From Callorhinchus milii (Eukaryota), in assembly GCF_018977255.1 (NCBI RefSeq), contig NW_024704742.1:65102001-65166000 (forward strand): 64,000 bases of DNA, in the 5' to 3' direction. Position numbers and translations under genes: made by a program. How positions within the stretch are numbered: the stretch's first letter is position 1; the number at the start of each line of letters is the position of its first letter. Below the pieces are notes generated by a model that saw nothing but the letters and a program-made list of their open reading frames with translations, had not been told where the DNA came from and did no database searches. Below are positions 37,816-49,672 of this stretch, piece by piece.

Positions 37816-39264
37816 CAAAATAACTACAACTAATGCATTTGGAATGAAAGGCGATATCTTTGGATACTGGGAATCATCCATGTTGTTGGACCAATATAAA
37901 GGAACTTTGAATTCCATCGAGGCACGGTAAACTTACCATGAAAAAGCCTAAGGTATCGGAGAGAAGAAATGTTCATTCCCCAATGGAAAATTGTTATTGT
38001 ACCTGAAGAAAGGGTTCAAACTTCTCTATAAATATACAAGCAGCTTTGCCAGAAGTTCCCCATCTATACACCTAAACAATGCAAAATGTGTCAGAATTGT
38101 AGACAGTGCATAAAATAACCTCCTTCCTAAGCAACAATGGACCAGAACAATTTCAACAGTTCATTCCTGATAAATGTACAACTAATTCACAAAGAAAGAT
38201 GAATAGGGATACTGCAGCTAAACTTTAAAATATGGATAAAAACACTTTTGCACTGTAAAATTGTAGAATTTTACTTGCAAACCCGTGGGACTCCATGTAC
38301 TATAATAATAAGTCTTGCATTTGATATAGGGCCTCATCACAGAATTGTGACAGCTCAAATCGCTTCATAGAATATATTGTAAAGTGGATTGACTGTATAT
38401 TTGTGAGCAAAACGTGTCAGCCAATTGCGCACATTTTACATTTCAGGATTTGGAAGCACATAATCCAAGCCAGGGCGGTCTGACTATGCAAGGAAAATAA
38501 AGAAATGGAAGCCAATCTCTGCAGGGGCAAAAGCAAAATTGATGAAAATCAACCTCAGATCCATCAGTATCTAAAAACAAATGAACACTACGTTTCAAGC
38601 ATAGCCCTTCATCGGAACTACATTCTGTGAATTTCCAGCATTTCCATTGTTTTGTTTGTATTCCAGTCCATCATTTTGTTTTTAAAATGGGGGAAATAAT
38701 CCCTAAAAAAAAATTCACTCAAAGATCACTCAGTCTCAACAACGTGATAAGATGCTATATTAAATGCAAGGATTATTATTACTATTTAAAATTCCTTGCA
38801 TTTCATATAGCGTTTTCACATTGGGAGGACTAATTTTGTTGGTGAAAAAAGCTAGATTCTAAAATTATTTTAATGCCTTTGACAGAAATTGAAAATATTA
38901 AAAGAAAATATAGTATGTGTAAGACTCAAGTAAACATTATCTTGTGAAAACATTTTTCTTTATAAACACTTCAGAATGCTAACTAAACTCCAAATTTCAA
39001 AATTAAACAAATGAACATTTTCTGCTCAAGCTGACAACACTCACTGAGACTGTAATTTTGCTTTGTGGTGCAATGAATGCCAATTAGAGCACATACACAT
39101 TTCCAAGAATATAACAAAATGAGAAGTATGACAATACTGGCCTACAACTACCAGCTTTGGAGCTGAATAAAGCTTTTCTTGCACTCGAAACTGAAGGAGA
39201 TTGTGTGGCCACAGACAGATTTCACGTCATACATTTACTCTCAACAGCTGGCTCGCCAAGCTGC

Positions 39265-39600
39265 ACATTTGAATAGAATGAAACCGGCACAAAAATGGTT
39301 ATTCGGCCCTTCAAGTCTATGCTCTTAATATTCTCTACATGAACCACCAAAGCCAGTGCCACTCCCCACTTGCAATCACTCCCAATTACTCCTACATATC
39401 CTTCCAATCGTCTTTCTTAGCATCTTATTCCTTTTTCAAAAGAATTTATAGATTACTTCAACAAGTTTATGGCATTGAATTCTACAACCTAACCATCCTA
39501 AACAAAGCATTTGATTTTCTAGCCACTCCGATTATATTTTGTGATATTCTTAAATTTGTGCCCTCTTGTTACTAACTTGGTAAAATAGTTTCATTGATTG
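39265..39600 (-). mobile_element. Degraded CR1 3' end
   Basis: TAGAATG..ATTCGGCCC (plus strand) terminus pattern. Confidence 0.55.
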
Positions 39601-39707
39601 CTCGATCTTCCTGTGTCGCCCTGGGGCAGTGGTAACACTGTGGCCTCTGAATCAGAAGATTGTAGGTTGAAGCCCCATATCTGCACTTGGAAGCAAATAG
39701 TTTAAGC

Positions 39708-39930
39708 CAAGGTGGTCTAACTGGCGGCCCACAGGCCACGGCTTGACTGGGGGCATTTCATCCGGCCTGAAAAATATTTCCAATGTTGGGCCACCTGCTC
39801 CCTCCCTCCTCAGCAAACCAAGCTCTGAGGAGGGAGGGAGCAGGCGGCAGCGGCAGGAGTGGTGGTTGGGAGGACGGAGTGAGGACAGTGGAAATAATAC
39901 TCGGGCTGCTCGCGCAGGTAGCCGTTTTTA
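39708..39930 (+). mobile_element. hAT/Charlie-like MITE terminal fragment
   Basis: CAAGGTGGTCTAACTGGCGGCCCACAGGCCAC..ATCCGGCC resembles Charlie-type termini; no partner TIR found; abuts a DeuSINE head. Confidence 0.5.
39794..39844. repeat. Perfect 20-bp inverted repeat, 11-nt loop
   Basis: CCTGCTCCCTCCCTCCTCAG-CAAACCAAGCT-CTGAGGAGGGAGGGAGCAGG. Confidence 0.95.
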
Positions 39931-40489
39931 AAAAAATCAGAGGTTCAACAACAATTTGTATGTAATTTGGTCTTCAACCACAATTTACATTGATAAAGGG
40001 CCTTCCACATTGAGAGGAAATCTCAAAGTGCTTCACACAGCTCACTGGGAGTCAAAAGGTTGGTGATGGGGGACGACGACACAAAAAGGTAAAAGAAAGC
40101 ATGATGGGGAGGGAGGGGGTGAAGGTAGAAGCATTCACTGGGGGTGTGGGGCTGGAGAGATCAGAAGAGGAAAATGAGAAGGAAGACAGGGAAAGAGGGA
40201 CAATATATCCCTGTATTTTGAGGGACAAACGAGGGACAATAAAAAAGTGGGCAAGATGTACTTAAATTTTAAAGTTACAGTAAACTCCCAATAGCTCAAC
40301 CTTGGCTTAACTTGTCACTACCACTTGTGTCATCATGCTGTCAATATCCCATCCGCACTTATTTATGTATTTATACATATGCCTAACTCGTTTCTGTGGA
40401 TAACTTGTCACTGAGCCCCTTTCCCTTGGATTTGGAAGAATTTGTAAACACGATACAGAACAAATCAGAATATCAACCAAAATGTTCAG

Positions 40490-40548
40490 TACAGTAAAAC
40501 TCGCATAAGTCTGATCTGTATAAATCGGCTAAAACATGCTTCATAACT
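40490..40548 (+). mobile_element. Possible pogo/Tigger-like TIR remnant
   Basis: TA|CAGTAAAACTCGCATAAGTC; only one end seen. Confidence 0.3.
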
Positions 40549-40910
40549 CGGTTGGTGAATATACTGTGTGCTGTGGGACTGAGCCACACAAATTAACAAG
40601 ATTCCACATTCAATTTCTGTCCTTTACTAATCTCAGCCAAGCAGCAGAGGGTCAATGGAAGTGCTGCAATTGGTTCCCAAATGGCATAAGTGAGTGGAGG
40701 AGTTCAGCCAGGATTCCTGGCCCTGTACACTATCCAGGAGCCCCTACACAGACAAATTAATGTCTGTGGATAGAATCAGGCTTAACTTATCCTATCCCTG
40801 GTCAAACAGTCTGTCAGCACTCATTGTCCAGTTTGTACAATCAACATAGCAAGATACCATAGGTGTCCACAGAACAACTAATGTTTAAAAGGGGAAGCGG
40901 GGTTAAGGGG
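40545..40910 (+). mobile_element. Ancient SINE-like repeat, same family as 5095-5530
   Basis: ACTGAGCCAC..ATCTCAGCC..CAATTGG..CAGCCAGGATTCC..CACTATCCAG. Confidence 0.45.
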
Positions 40911-41448
40911 AAAAGAATTACATTCAAATAAATTTCATCCTTATTATTACTGCTTCTATGAGTCAATGCATCTAAAAAAATAAATCATCTTTTAACATCA
41001 CTATTATTTGATACTTTTGAGATATTCATATATTTCAGAAATATTCTGACATACAAAAGACTTATAAACAGAAGTTTAAAAAGTCACACTTACGTATTGT
41101 GCATATAAAATTCATGACAAACTGTTTTATGCTCGAATTCAACGAGCAATGGACCTTTCAGCAGCAGCACTTTACTCGTGGTGTTGCCTTTTCCCGGCAC
41201 AATTATGAAGGAACTTGTAATTAACCATGTTTTTCCACAACTCAAGTGGATATAGTACTAAATGTTCCACTCTCAATTATGCAGACCACTCAACTCCTTG
41301 TACAAAATACACAAAAGTAAACCTACTTTCATAATACTACAATCACACTGGAATCAAAGTGGGGCCCATACAGCTACATTAATTCTCACAACAGTGAAGC
41401 TGGGAATCTTTCTGATTTAAAATAAAATTACATGAAAAGTTCAAAAAA

Positions 41449-41795
41449 TGGTTGGAGCACTCGCCTTGCAAGCGAGAGACCTGGGTTCAACCCCTGGGAG
41501 GGCGAAACGTTGGGCAAGTTTCCTTACTCCACACCCCTCTGTTGATCTAGCAGTAAGCAGCAACCCGGTTGTTAATTGATTGGTGGGTAGATCGCTTTTT
41601 TGGGGGTAAAAATTCCTTAAAAAAACAATAATTTGGTCACTCAATCACAATGTTGGTGGAACACTGCTGTGCACAATTGGCTGCAGCGTTTCGCCCACAA
41701 AATAATCAATTCACTTTACAGTATATTCTGTGAAGCTCTTTGAGACGAGATAAAGTGTTATATCAAAATGCAAGCATTATTAAGCATTATTATTA
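41449..41795 (+). mobile_element. SINE family A, long form
   Basis: Homology; duplicated AAGCATTATT tail. Confidence 0.88.
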
Positions 41796-44700
41796 TCCAT
41801 ATAGTGCAGTCCCGATCTTAGTTAGAGTGCACTGAGTGAGGCACTATGCAGTTGTAACTGCTGCTGGTTTTAGAAATAGGAGGAGACCAGTTAGCCTGTC
41901 AAGCCAAATCATAGAATAAGATACTCTGGACTGCATTTAACATTACAAGCTAGATTTAACAGAAATTAATGATAATGTTTACTGTTGATGTCTTGCCTGC
42001 AAAATAGTGGGAGTTTGTAGAGGGAACTGAAAACAAAACTTACAAAATGGATTTTAAAAAATGGCATAAGGTCCTATAAGCCTCCTTTTCCTAAAGCTAC
42101 GCAATGCACAAATAAAGGAAGTTCACAATTAATAAACTACAGGGGTATGAGCAGTAAATGGAACCAAAAGGATTGTTCTTTAAAATAGCAAGCATGGATA
42201 CGATGGGCAAAATGGCCTTTCTTGTGCTGTAACTTTTTGGTTGAAATTCCCCACACTGTAAATTCCACATCCAAATCACTGCAAGGTGGTGAGATTACAT
42301 CTTTTCCAGAGAGAAAGAAGAGTAAAGTGAACAGGGACCACTCGTACTCGTTTACAAGCTGTTGGAACAGCAGAACCAAGAGACCAAAGTGTTCTAAGTG
42401 TTCTTTCAGCCACAGAATGGTCCACTCTGGAGAAGAAAATTAATAAATTGCTCTTCCACACTGTAGCCTTGGAATAAATTGACAAACGCGGCCAATAATT
42501 TAAGCTATTCACATGCAATGTTATTTTTAATGAATGGACACAGATTCATGTTTAAGGAAAACTTTTGGAATATCATACCTTATTCTCATATTTATGTGCA
42601 CAATGTACTTGATAAATATTATTATTATATGATAAATTGCACTTCGAATCAGGAATGTTCAGATTCAATCATTACTGAACTCAATTACACTTGCAAAAAT
42701 AACCACAAAAGAGTCAAATAGTTCTTACCCCTACACAGAACTTTATAAAAGGCTAATTCTTACATTTGGTGTATAAAATGTGAGGCAGCCATTCAATTGC
42801 ATGTGTACAACATTACTGAAAAAGTTGAAGTACACAGAAAACATCAGACAAAAAACATATTTCATGAGGGAACTGGACTTCAACCAACAGGAGTAATTCA
42901 CACAGCTCCAGCTAAGTTAAAAACAATACTTCAATTAAACTACACAAAAAATGGTGTTCTATTTATGCCATAATTCAATTTATTAAATTAGCCTTACCCA
43001 AGTATTTTAAAAGTTATTTTTAAAAGTTAGCATCAGCAGTATTTACCAGTGTAGAGGTGGAATGCAGAGTTAACACAAGTGATGCAATCGAACCAGAGCT
43101 GCTGCCAAAGAAATACAAGCTGCTGATTTCAGTTCAGATGCGCTGTTAAATGGGGGCATTTGAAAATAAGCCTGGATTCAGAATTGCTCAAAGTGAACAG
43201 ACATCTGTTTATTTCTGTTTACAAAGGTTAGGGGTTTGGTCAACTCTCTGGGTGAATCCAAAGGTGCGACACTTCAAAGAATAACAAAAAAATCTGGGTT
43301 GATGCTTCATTAATGAGTATAATACATACTGGTCACGCTTACAGTCAACTTTACTTGAATATGCTGCAATATCAAACACATGTTAAACACTGCGTGAATA
43401 TGCATCAACACTGAGCTCCCAAGCTAGTGTTGTCAGGCTTTTCCTGTAAGTTTTCAAGTGCTGTCATTTATGGTTCTTTGCGCAAATTATCTGTTGCCCT
43501 ATAACTTACTTTCTTCCCACCCCTTCTCCTTAAGATGCTGGCTGATGATGTGTTCAGTTCCACGAGTATCAACAGTTACTTGATACCATGACTAAGTTGT
43601 CACTGTCCCTATGTTAGTTAAGATAGCAATCATCAGCCAGGCAAATCACCTTAAGCGGGAAAAAGAGGAGTTCACTGCAGAGACTGATCCTGTCCTTGGA
43701 CGTCTACTTCCAAATATGCATTGAGGCCCCCTACAGTGGTGGTACTGCTAATGCCCCAAACTTTCCCCTTGCCCAGATCAGAGCTCTTGGGATGTTTTTT
43801 CCCCCAAATGCTCCACTTCTACATGCATCTTATCTTCCATATAGCTCTCTTCCATTTCTATTTGCAAATCATTGATTATGTTTTGCTTGTTAATAGTTAG
43901 TTAACTGAGTCACAACAGTCAATCATCAGGTTTCTGAAGTCATTCCCATTTTTACACATTTTCCTTCAGCTCTTATCTCCTGACCACTGGTCTGTGTCCT
44001 GGTCAGATATTTGTGGTTGTCTGAAAAAGAAGTGTTCAGTGTGAACCTGAAGCAGTCTCAGGAGACTGAAAGGCTGCAGGTGACAGCACTGCTGCTGCAC
44101 TCAATTGCAATTTCTATTCCAGTTGCATTGTTTGTTGGTTCGAAATAAAAGACAATATTCACAATGAAAATTTGTAACAATGTAATGATCAGGCAACAAG
44201 ATTGTTTGATTCTAGATTTCTTGGTTTCGCTTCAAAAGAAATGGCCCAAAGAAGCCTCAAGTTCACAGACAAGCAAGTACCAGTCTAAAGTCCAGTCACA
44301 GGAAATATGGTCAGGCAACCTACAAAGATCAATCCATTGTACAAAATAATCATCAAAATTGTGAAAAATCATGTCCAAATCTCCTCATCACAATAACTTA
44401 GCCACGGCATCATTGAAAGTTTGAACGTAATTTTTTATCAAATCCAGAAAAAAACAATGAAGAGCTCCACCAATTGGCTTAGTATGTAAGTGCAATGCTT
44501 GGTGTGCTATTGAGCCATATAAAACTGGAAAGTCCCAAGGTCCCTGCTTCAATATATGGTCAGTAATGAGTCAGTTGGGGATGTCTCCCATAAACATTAT
44601 AAGGATCCTCAACGCATGTGATGTGCGAGAACAGTTTTTGCTATGCACTCTCTCTTTCTCTCCATCGTTTTTCCCCCAGTCAACCAGATGTCTAACACAC

Positions 44701-45027
44701 CCAGAAACCCATCATCACCATGCTTAAAAGTATCCAAACCAGACAGAATCCCATGTATGTCGCCTACACATTGACATTTCTGTTATCACAACTTTTTGGT
44801 CACCCTGTATAACTTCATTCAAGTGTTTATCCAACTCTTTTGAATGACGAAATTAACTCAGCATCAATAACCATTTTATTCAACATTGTAAAACACCTTC
44901 AGTTAAAAAAAACTCCTAATCTTGCCTTTTATTATTATTATATTATTATTAGTTATGTTCAAATTTACTGCTGTCAATTTAGCAACCCATACAAAATCTT
45001 TAAAATCCTTTCATAATCAAGAACAGT

Positions 45028-45985
45028 GTCAGCCTGACTCAGTTGGTAGCATACTTGGCCATGAGTCAGAAGGGTATGGGTACAAGTCTCATCTCAGGGA
45101 TATTGAGTTCATGTCTATCTTGACATTGCAGTGCAATGCACATGCAGAAACCCATCACCATACTAAACAGAATTCCATGCATCCCACCTGTACATGGAAA
45201 TTCCAGAGATATTTATTGGAACAGAATGCACAATCTCTCCCTGGAGGGACGTAAACTGCTTACCTAATCCGGAGTATTAGACACAGGTTGGCAAGAGCCA
45301 AGGCTTGGGGATCCCAGAGTGTACTCTGGGGTACTGCTGGAGTCTAACAGGCTAAAAACACGTAACTTGCCAATAAAAACACTGTCTGGCAAGCTTTCCC
45401 ACTGTTTGTCCAATGAGAACCACCCTACCCATTAGAGCTTTGGCTTGCAGGGTTAACAGGAGCTGAGTAGGAAAAATTCCTGCACTTAGTAACTGGTCTG
45501 CCCTTTCAAGAGCTGCCGATGAGCCAGGCCGGCTGGACTATCAGCAGCAGTGCCCTGGAATACTGTGGACCCACCTGGCTCAGCTACTGGATTAGCAAGA
45601 CCGTTCACACAGTTAACAAACATGTCAACCTGGAGACAGTTGCGCTCCAAAGAGACCCTGCTTACCTGCCACGACCCACAAGGAGGATAGTCACTAGTTG
45701 GTCAGTTGCGCTGTTGAAGATGCCATTCTGCAGATGAGACTTTAAACTAAGGTCCCATTTCCCTCTTCAGTTGGACAATATTGGAACAGAGAAGGGAGTT
45801 TCTCCCACCGTTCTGGCTGGTGTTCAACTCAGGCCCTGCCATCTGATGGACGTTGTTATATGCAATTAGCTGCCTTATTTGCCTACCAATAGACAGTGTC
45901 TGCACTTAACATTAATCGCTGTTGAAGCACTTTGAAATGTTTTAACATGATCAGGCACTTTATCAAATGTAAGGATAATCATCAT
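45028..45985 (+). mobile_element. DeuSINE family B split by an unclassified element (insert ~45141-45704)
   Basis: Head 45028-45140; Deu domain and tail resume at ~45705. Confidence 0.7.
45141..45690. repeat. Unclassified interspersed repeat, copy 2
   Basis: See copy 1; left part also matches 44668-44780, 60042-60118 and 60807-61280. Confidence 0.8.
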
Positions 45986-46606
45986 TTAAGGAAGAGCTAA
46001 GGCACCCACAATTAATGTCAAGCATGCTCAGGTCAATGCAGATATCCCCAGTTTAGTTTGTATGAGATCCATTTACTCAAATCATTCATCATCGATCTAT
46101 CTTACTAAATTGTGCTGACAGACTTCTGGCTGCTAGTTCTAAGTAGTCCAGGTAAAATGATGAGGAGTCTTTTGTTGGCCATGGGCAAGGAGGCAACTCT
46201 GGACATTTTTCAACATGGCAAGCTTAATCCCATTTTCAGTGCCAAACAAGCAGATTGAGCATAATAAATTTTTCAGTTCACCCTAGACTTGCCACTCATC
46301 CAATAGTATCTTGCTCAAACACTGGTCACTTTCACCCATCAGCAGAAGGCATGCAACCAAATCTCAATTTGGGACTGATAAAATACAAATGTACTTTATA
46401 CAGCGCCTTTTACATTGAGAAGATAACTAGGTCTGCAAATAAAGGAAAGAGGATTCAGAAGCAAAGTCTTCATGGTATGGATGATGATCCACAAATTCAG
46501 GGCTCTATGAAAAGTACATGTTCTTTTGACTCTACGTCTACTACAAACTCAGAACAGCATTTGCATTTTATATTTCTTACAGCAGTACTGTGGGTACATC
46601 TTGGAT

Positions 46607-47000
46607 CAGCCTGAATCAGTTGGTAGCACTCTCTCCTCAGAGTCAAAAGGTTGTGGGTTCAAGTGCAACTTTGAGACTTGGAACTCACAATGACTAAGAT
46701 GACCCTCCAATGCTGAGGGTGTGCTGTATCCTTTGGATGAGACGTTAAACCGTCTGCCTGATTAGGTGGCTGTTAAAGATCCCATGTTACTGTTCAAAAA
46801 GAGAAGGGAATTTCTCCCGGTGTCCTGGCCATCAACACTCCAATAAAATTGATCACTCACTGATTGCACGACTGTTTGTGGGCATTGCTGTGCACAAATT
46901 GGCTGTTGCATTCACACACAAAATATGCAGTCACAACACTTTACATTATATCCTGTAAAGTCTCTGAGATGTCTCAATAAAATGCAACAATTATTATTAT
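46607..47000 (+). mobile_element. DeuSINE family B
   Basis: Head; GGATGAGACGTTAAACC...TTAAAGATCCCATG...CCCGGTGTCCTGGCC; tail. Confidence 0.85.
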
Positions 47001-47084
47001 CTCCAATTGAAATAAGAGTTCAAACTGCTCAAACTCATTTCAGACAGAACATTTGTAGGCAAAAAAAAACCTTATTCTGATCAA

Positions 47085-47380
47085 GAATAATAATGATAAT
47101 TATCCTTGAATTTGATACTGTGTCTTATGTCAAAACATTTCAAAGTACTTCACAGAATTTTCTCTAAAATTTAGTTTTATTTTTTACAATCACTTAAACA
47201 AATGGAGAACACCTTTTTCTAAAATCTCACCGAAGGATGGCTGCTCTGACAAAGCAACGCTTCCTGAAGACTGCAACAGAGTGTTAGCCTAGACTGTGTG
47301 CTCCAAGTCCCAACGCTGGACTTGAACATACAGCCTTCTGACCTAGAGAAGGTGGCATCAACTGAGCCAGGCTGACAGCC
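47085..47380 (-). mobile_element. DeuSINE family B, partial
   Basis: Head and tail homology, inverted relative to the 46607 copy. Confidence 0.65.
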
Positions 47381-49209
47381 AATCTGGGCTACATATGAAC
47401 AAAGGAAGGGAAGATAGACAAACCCAAAGTATCGTTGAAAACCAGCTTTACATCAGTTTAAGGTAACAAAATATGAGATTTACACCATTTCGGCCCAACT
47501 ACTTTTTCTTTACCACGATGGTCAAGTTCACCACAGATGGTCAGCAATGGTCCCCAGTCTCTTTTTCCTTCCCCCATCACAGGCTCTTCTAACCAACCCA
47601 AATACTGGCAAAAGAAAATCTCCTCATGCCAGTTGAGCATGACATTCAAATTAAAATCTTCTACTTGGCAAAATGTTATCTAGCAAGCTGCATGGAAAAC
47701 ATTATCAATAGCACCCAATAGCATTATTAAAATAATTTCCCCAATAGTCAACTTCCAATGGCAAGGTTTTGTGTCACATCACAGCACATGTAATATATAT
47801 TATATTAACTTCTGAAAGACTGATCTTTGACGTTTGCAATTTAATACAGATCAGCACAGTTGCACAAGGAAAGGGAGTAGCTCCTACCAGGGACAAGGTA
47901 CTAAATGGTTGTGGTTCCATAAAGGAAAGTAAAGGTATAAGTCAGAGAAGATTATATTAAATGAATGAAAGGCATAGAAAGCAGTGGTCAAGTCATTCAG
48001 GGCCTATGAAGGTTCCACGTTGGTCACTGTTCTCTCAACAATTCTTATTAAAAAAAACTTATGTCCCACAGCTGCCTCCTATCTCCATACTTCTTCCCTG
48101 AAACAGAAGGGAGCCATGCTTTTGAGGTTATACACTCCGATGCAGCTGCTACTCCATGAACAGCAACATAATGTGGCTTGGACTGGAGACTGGTCATTGG
48201 CCTTATGAATTTCTAACTCTCCCTAAGATAAGGTGCTATGACAGAAGAAACCGTGTATTCTTTATGTGAGTACAAGTTTGCCTCTTTTCAAAGTACTAGA
48301 GAATAGCACTGACAAACAAAAGCAGTGTTTAGGTGACTCTAGAGTCTGCTGAGGAGTACTTCACATGAAGGTGAAGTAGTTGGGAAAATTAGCAACAAGA
48401 ATTAAATCTTCAGTTAAATAATTTGTTTCTGGTGCTTTTAAAGAAACAGCTAAGAGAGCACCAAACCACAAGACTGAATCAAAACCCTAATCTACCCATT
48501 TATATTCCTTTTTTAAAAAAAAACTTGAATTTTCCTACAATTACATTATAGATCCATCAAGTGTGACAGAAAACAGTGAAAGGGTAATAAAGCTGATAGT
48601 GATGTAGAAACCAGATACTACACTACTGAGTTTTTTGGCAGTAGATTAAACATTAGCTGGTTTATTATTTCTCAAACTACAACTTTATGTAAGAATGGAG
48701 TTTAAATTGTAAGTGCCAGAATTTCTGTGGTGAAGTTTCTTGGGCTGAGAACTTCTCATTTCTACTGTAGCACTTTCACTGTTACCTCATGGGATAAATC
48801 ACTTTTGTTATCTGAATTATTAGATTGCAGTGAAACATACAGCAATTAAAAAAAATAACACATTCTGAATCAGGATATTCTAAGGATCCTAACAGTACCT
48901 TCAGCAAAGGGTTCAGATGAGGTCATCAACCATTTACAATTAATGATCTCATCCAAACCTTGAGATGGGATTACTGATATCAAATTTATCCAAAGTTTTC
49001 TTTTGCAATTTTGTGTGTGTAAGTACCTTTAATTTGTTTAACGAAGTTCAAAAACCTGCTATCTTTTAGATGGGGTGGAAGAGGGGAGCCAAACTAAAGG
49101 AAGATTTGTAAATCCCTACAGCAGCATGTTTCGAGATCAGAATTGAAGAGGTGTACACAAATGTATTGGAATGGTGAGCTCTGGGAAGCTTATATAAATG
49201 CTTATATTG

Positions 49210-49672
49210 TCACATTGCCTGCGTTCTTCCGTACCTCAGCCCCATAGCAGCCGAAACCCTCGTCCACGCCTTTGTCATTCCTGGCGGGTCTGTTCAAATG
49301 CTCTCCTCGCTGATCTCCCCAATTCCATCATACACAAAATTCAACTAATTTAGAACTCCACTTATCCCACACTCCACCACCCGCTGCCTCCACTCGGCCG
49401 GCTCCTGTTTATTCCTCGGCCCCTCCGTTCCACCATTGGCTGCCGTGCTTTCAACAACTACTCCCCGAAGCTATGGAACTCTCTCCCACAATCCCTTCGC
49501 CTTGCCCCTCCCTACTTTCAAATCCCACCTAAAGACCTTCATTTTTGACCATGTTTACCGTCACCTGCCCCTTCCCTCTTCCCCTGGCTCAGGGTCAGAC
49601 TCCGCCACTGTCAGTGCTCCGGGACGCTACCCCGCATGAAAGGCTCTATATAAATACAAGATGTTGTTGTTG
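49210..49672 (+). mobile_element. L2 3' fragment, internally deleted
   Basis: FKSHLKTFIFDH and (GTT)n tail. Confidence 0.8.

Noticed and set aside
42276..42443. Possible FAM193A exon 2 after TTTTCTTCTCCAG
   Set aside because: The phase-0 frame stops after 6 codons, there is no good donor, and there is no FAM193A similarity.
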